64,000 nt of DNA from an uncultured delta proteobacterium (GTDB lineage: Bacteria; Myxococcota_A; Polyangia; Palsa-1104). The stretch covers positions 32,001-96,000 of the forward strand of contig CAWAWS010000027.1 of assembly GCA_963785725.1 (NCBI GenBank), read 5' to 3'. The number at the start of each line of letters is the position of its first letter. Positions within the stretch are counted from its first letter, which is position 1. Below, piece by piece: positions 62,191 through 64,000 of the stretch. Under the pieces are notes generated by a model. That model saw nothing but the letters and a program-made list of their open reading frames with translations. It was not told the origin of the DNA and searched no databases. The position numbers and the translations under genes were made by a program.

Positions 62191-63290
62191 CGCGCGACCT
62201 GCACCTGTACTTTGGTCCCGTCGGGCAGCGAGTAGCCGCCGGCGACGATGACGCGCTCGCCGGCCTGAAGGCCACGCGTGACCTCGACGAGCGCGCCGGC
62301 GCCGCCGGAGTCGGGGCCGAGCGTGAGCGTGCGATGGGCGACGAGGCCGTCGGCGCCGACGACGGCGACGTTGTTGGCGCTGCCGCCTTCGCCGGGCAAG
62401 AGCGCGGCGCGCGGCACGGCCAGCGCCGTATGCGACGGGCCCAAGATGGCGCCGCGCGCGAACAGGCCGCCGCGCAAACGGCCGTCGCTGTTGGCGACGC
62501 GGATGCGGACGATGACGGTGTTGGTGGCGCTGTCGACGAGCGGCGCGATGGCCTCGACCTGACCGGCGACGGTGCCGATGCCGTCGACGTCGAGCTCGGC
62601 CGCCTGACCGACGGCGAGCGCGCCCACCTGCCCCGCCGCCACCGGCGCGCGCAAGTCGAGGACGCGCGTGTCGGCGACTTCGATGACCGGCGTCGCGTTG
62701 CCGTCGACGGGCTGACCGGCCGGCACCAAGATCGCGGCCACGACGCCGGCGATGGGCGCCTTCAGCGTCGCGCGGCCGAGGTTGACGCCGGCGATGCCGC
62801 CCGTCGCCTGCGCCTGCTTGAGCCCGCTCTCGGCCGCCACCAGCGTCGCGCGCGCGTCGTCGACCTCTTGCTTGGCGGCGATGCCGTCGCGGAAGAGCCG
62901 CTCGGTGCGCTCGAGCTTGGTGCGCGCGTTGACGAGCGCGGCGTCGGCCTGCTCGCGCTGCGCCAGCGCCTCCGACACGTGCTGCTGCATCTGCTCGGCC
63001 TCGACGTGCGCCAGCGCCTGCCCGACCTGCACGCGGTCACCCTCGGCCACGAAGACGCGATCGACGCGACCTTGCACGAGCGCGCCCACTTTGACGTCGC
63101 GGCCGGGCAAGGGCGCGAGCACGCCGGCGACGAGCGTGCGCGGCGCGATCGGCTGCGGCGCGACCGCCACCACCTGCACCGCCGGCAATACCGCCTCCGG
63201 CTCGGCCTCGCTGTGCTGACAGCCCGCGAGCGCCGCCACGCCGACGCCCACGAGCGCGCGACCGAGATCAAGGAGTCGAGAGCGCGACAC
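62187..63290 (-). CDS. RND periplasmic adaptor
   Basis: GTG at 63290 with GGAGG RBS; lipobox LAGC; EGDRV..GQ and LKAPIAG motifs. Confidence 0.9.
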   Translation of the reverse strand: MSRSRLLDLGRALVGVGVAALAGCQHSEAEPEAVLPAVQVVAVAPQPIAPRTLVAGVLAPLPGRDVKVGALVQGRVDRVFVAEGDRVQVGQALAHVEAEQMQQHVSEALAQREQADAALVNARTKLERTERLFRDGIAAKQEVDDARATLVAAESGLKQAQATGGIAGVNLGRATLKAPIAGVVAAILVPAGQPVDGNATPVIEVADTRVLDLRAPVAAGQVGALAVGQAAELDVDGIGTVAGQVEAIAPLVDSATNTVIVRIRVANSDGRLRGGLFARGAILGPSHTALAVPRAALLPGEGGSANNVAVVGADGLVAHRTLTLGPDSGGAGALVEVTRGLQAGERVIVAGGYSLPDGTKVQVQVAR

Positions 63291-64000
63291 CGCTGGCCTC
63301 CTCCAGATCTGCGCGCGCCGCTTGCACGGCAAAGAGCGCGTCGACGCGGCCGAGCTCGGCGTCGAGGAGCGCGCGCTCGGCTTCGATGAGCGGCAACAGG
63401 CCCGTCTTGCCGGCGGCGAAGCCTTCGCGCGCCATCTGCTCGACCGCGCGCGCCGTCGGCAGGTAGTCGGCGTCGTAAAACCGCGCGCGGGCGACGGCCG
63501 CCGTCAGCTGATCGTGCGCGCTCTTGAGCGCGGCGTCGATGCGGCGATAGGCGGCGGCGCGCTTCCAGTCGGCCAGCTTGGCTTCGGCCTCGGCGCGCGC
63601 GATCGGGCCGCCGTTGAGGCTCAAGACCGGCAATTCGAACGTGAGGCCGGCGCGCGGCCCCCAACACGTACGGCCGCCGTCGTTACAAGTAGACGGGTCC
63701 AGCAATTCGGCGCCGAGATCGAGCTGCGGCGTCGGGCGGCGATCGGCGCGGGCGGCGGCGGCGCGCGCCAGCGCCGACTGCCGCTCGCGCTCGATGGCGA
63801 CGAGGTCGGGATGGCCGGCGAGCGCCGCTTGCAGCGTGGTCAGCTCCGGCGTCGCGCCGACGCGCTCCAGCGGATCGACGAGCGGCGGCGCGCCGCCGTC
63901 GAGGCCAGTCACGCGCATGAGCTCGAGCGCGGCCACGCGCGCCGTCGTCTGGCGGTCGAGCACGTCTTGGCGGGCGCGCGCATGCACGAGCTCCGCCTGC
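63268..64000 (-). CDS. TolC-family outer-membrane protein (5' end truncated by window edge)
   Basis: HPDL, LTFELPV..N.G.IARA and GKTGLLPLIEA motifs; upstream of the adaptor gene. Confidence 0.88.
   Translation of the reverse strand, partial: QAELVHARARQDVLDRQTTARVAALELMRVTGLDGGAPPLVDPLERVGATPELTTLQAALAGHPDLVAIERERQSALARAAAARADRRPTPQLDLGAELLDPSTCNDGGRTCWGPRAGLTFELPVLSLNGGPIARAEAEAKLADWKRAAAYRRIDAALKSAHDQLTAAVARARFYDADYLPTARAVEQMAREGFAAGKTGLLPLIEAERALLDAELGRVDALFAVQAARADLEEASGVALSTP

Overview
A 64 kb, high-GC (roughly 70% by eye), gene-dense bacterial chromosomal region. The DUF2378-like gene, the Cys-rich CGDxxC lipoprotein and the many low-complexity-linker lipoproteins suggest Myxococcota (inference only). 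I saw no rRNA, tRNA, CRISPR array, transposase or integrase. Contents in order: a predicted peptide-ligation locus (two circularly permuted ATP-grasp genes, transglutaminase-DUF2126, alpha-E); a GH18 lipoprotein; an SDR; a sensor kinase; minCDE; a split KdpD/kinase/sigma54-activator locus; a porin-ynfA pair; a GMC oxidoreductase; an RND pump; REC-EAL; a Fur/PerR + MauG-type diheme + Tat metallophosphoesterase + SoxA/TsdA-like cytochrome operon; kup; glnB; two P460-fold cytochromes with a large unknown lipoprotein; bfd-bfr; an MbnP/MbnH operon containing regBA; a phosphatase; a ChrR-like gene; and a second RND pump. The best leads are: (1) a 95-nt intergenic element present twice, in which most differences are compensatory base-pair changes; (2) a second 130-nt dispersed element followed in both copies by strand-skewed tandem repeats; (3) the Fur/PerR operon with two identical 7-1-7 operators and a WxW-bearing phosphoesterase beside a Tyr-type diheme enzyme; (4) several readable operators (KstR-like, RegA-like, sigma54). 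All family calls come from motif recognition by eye, not database searches.
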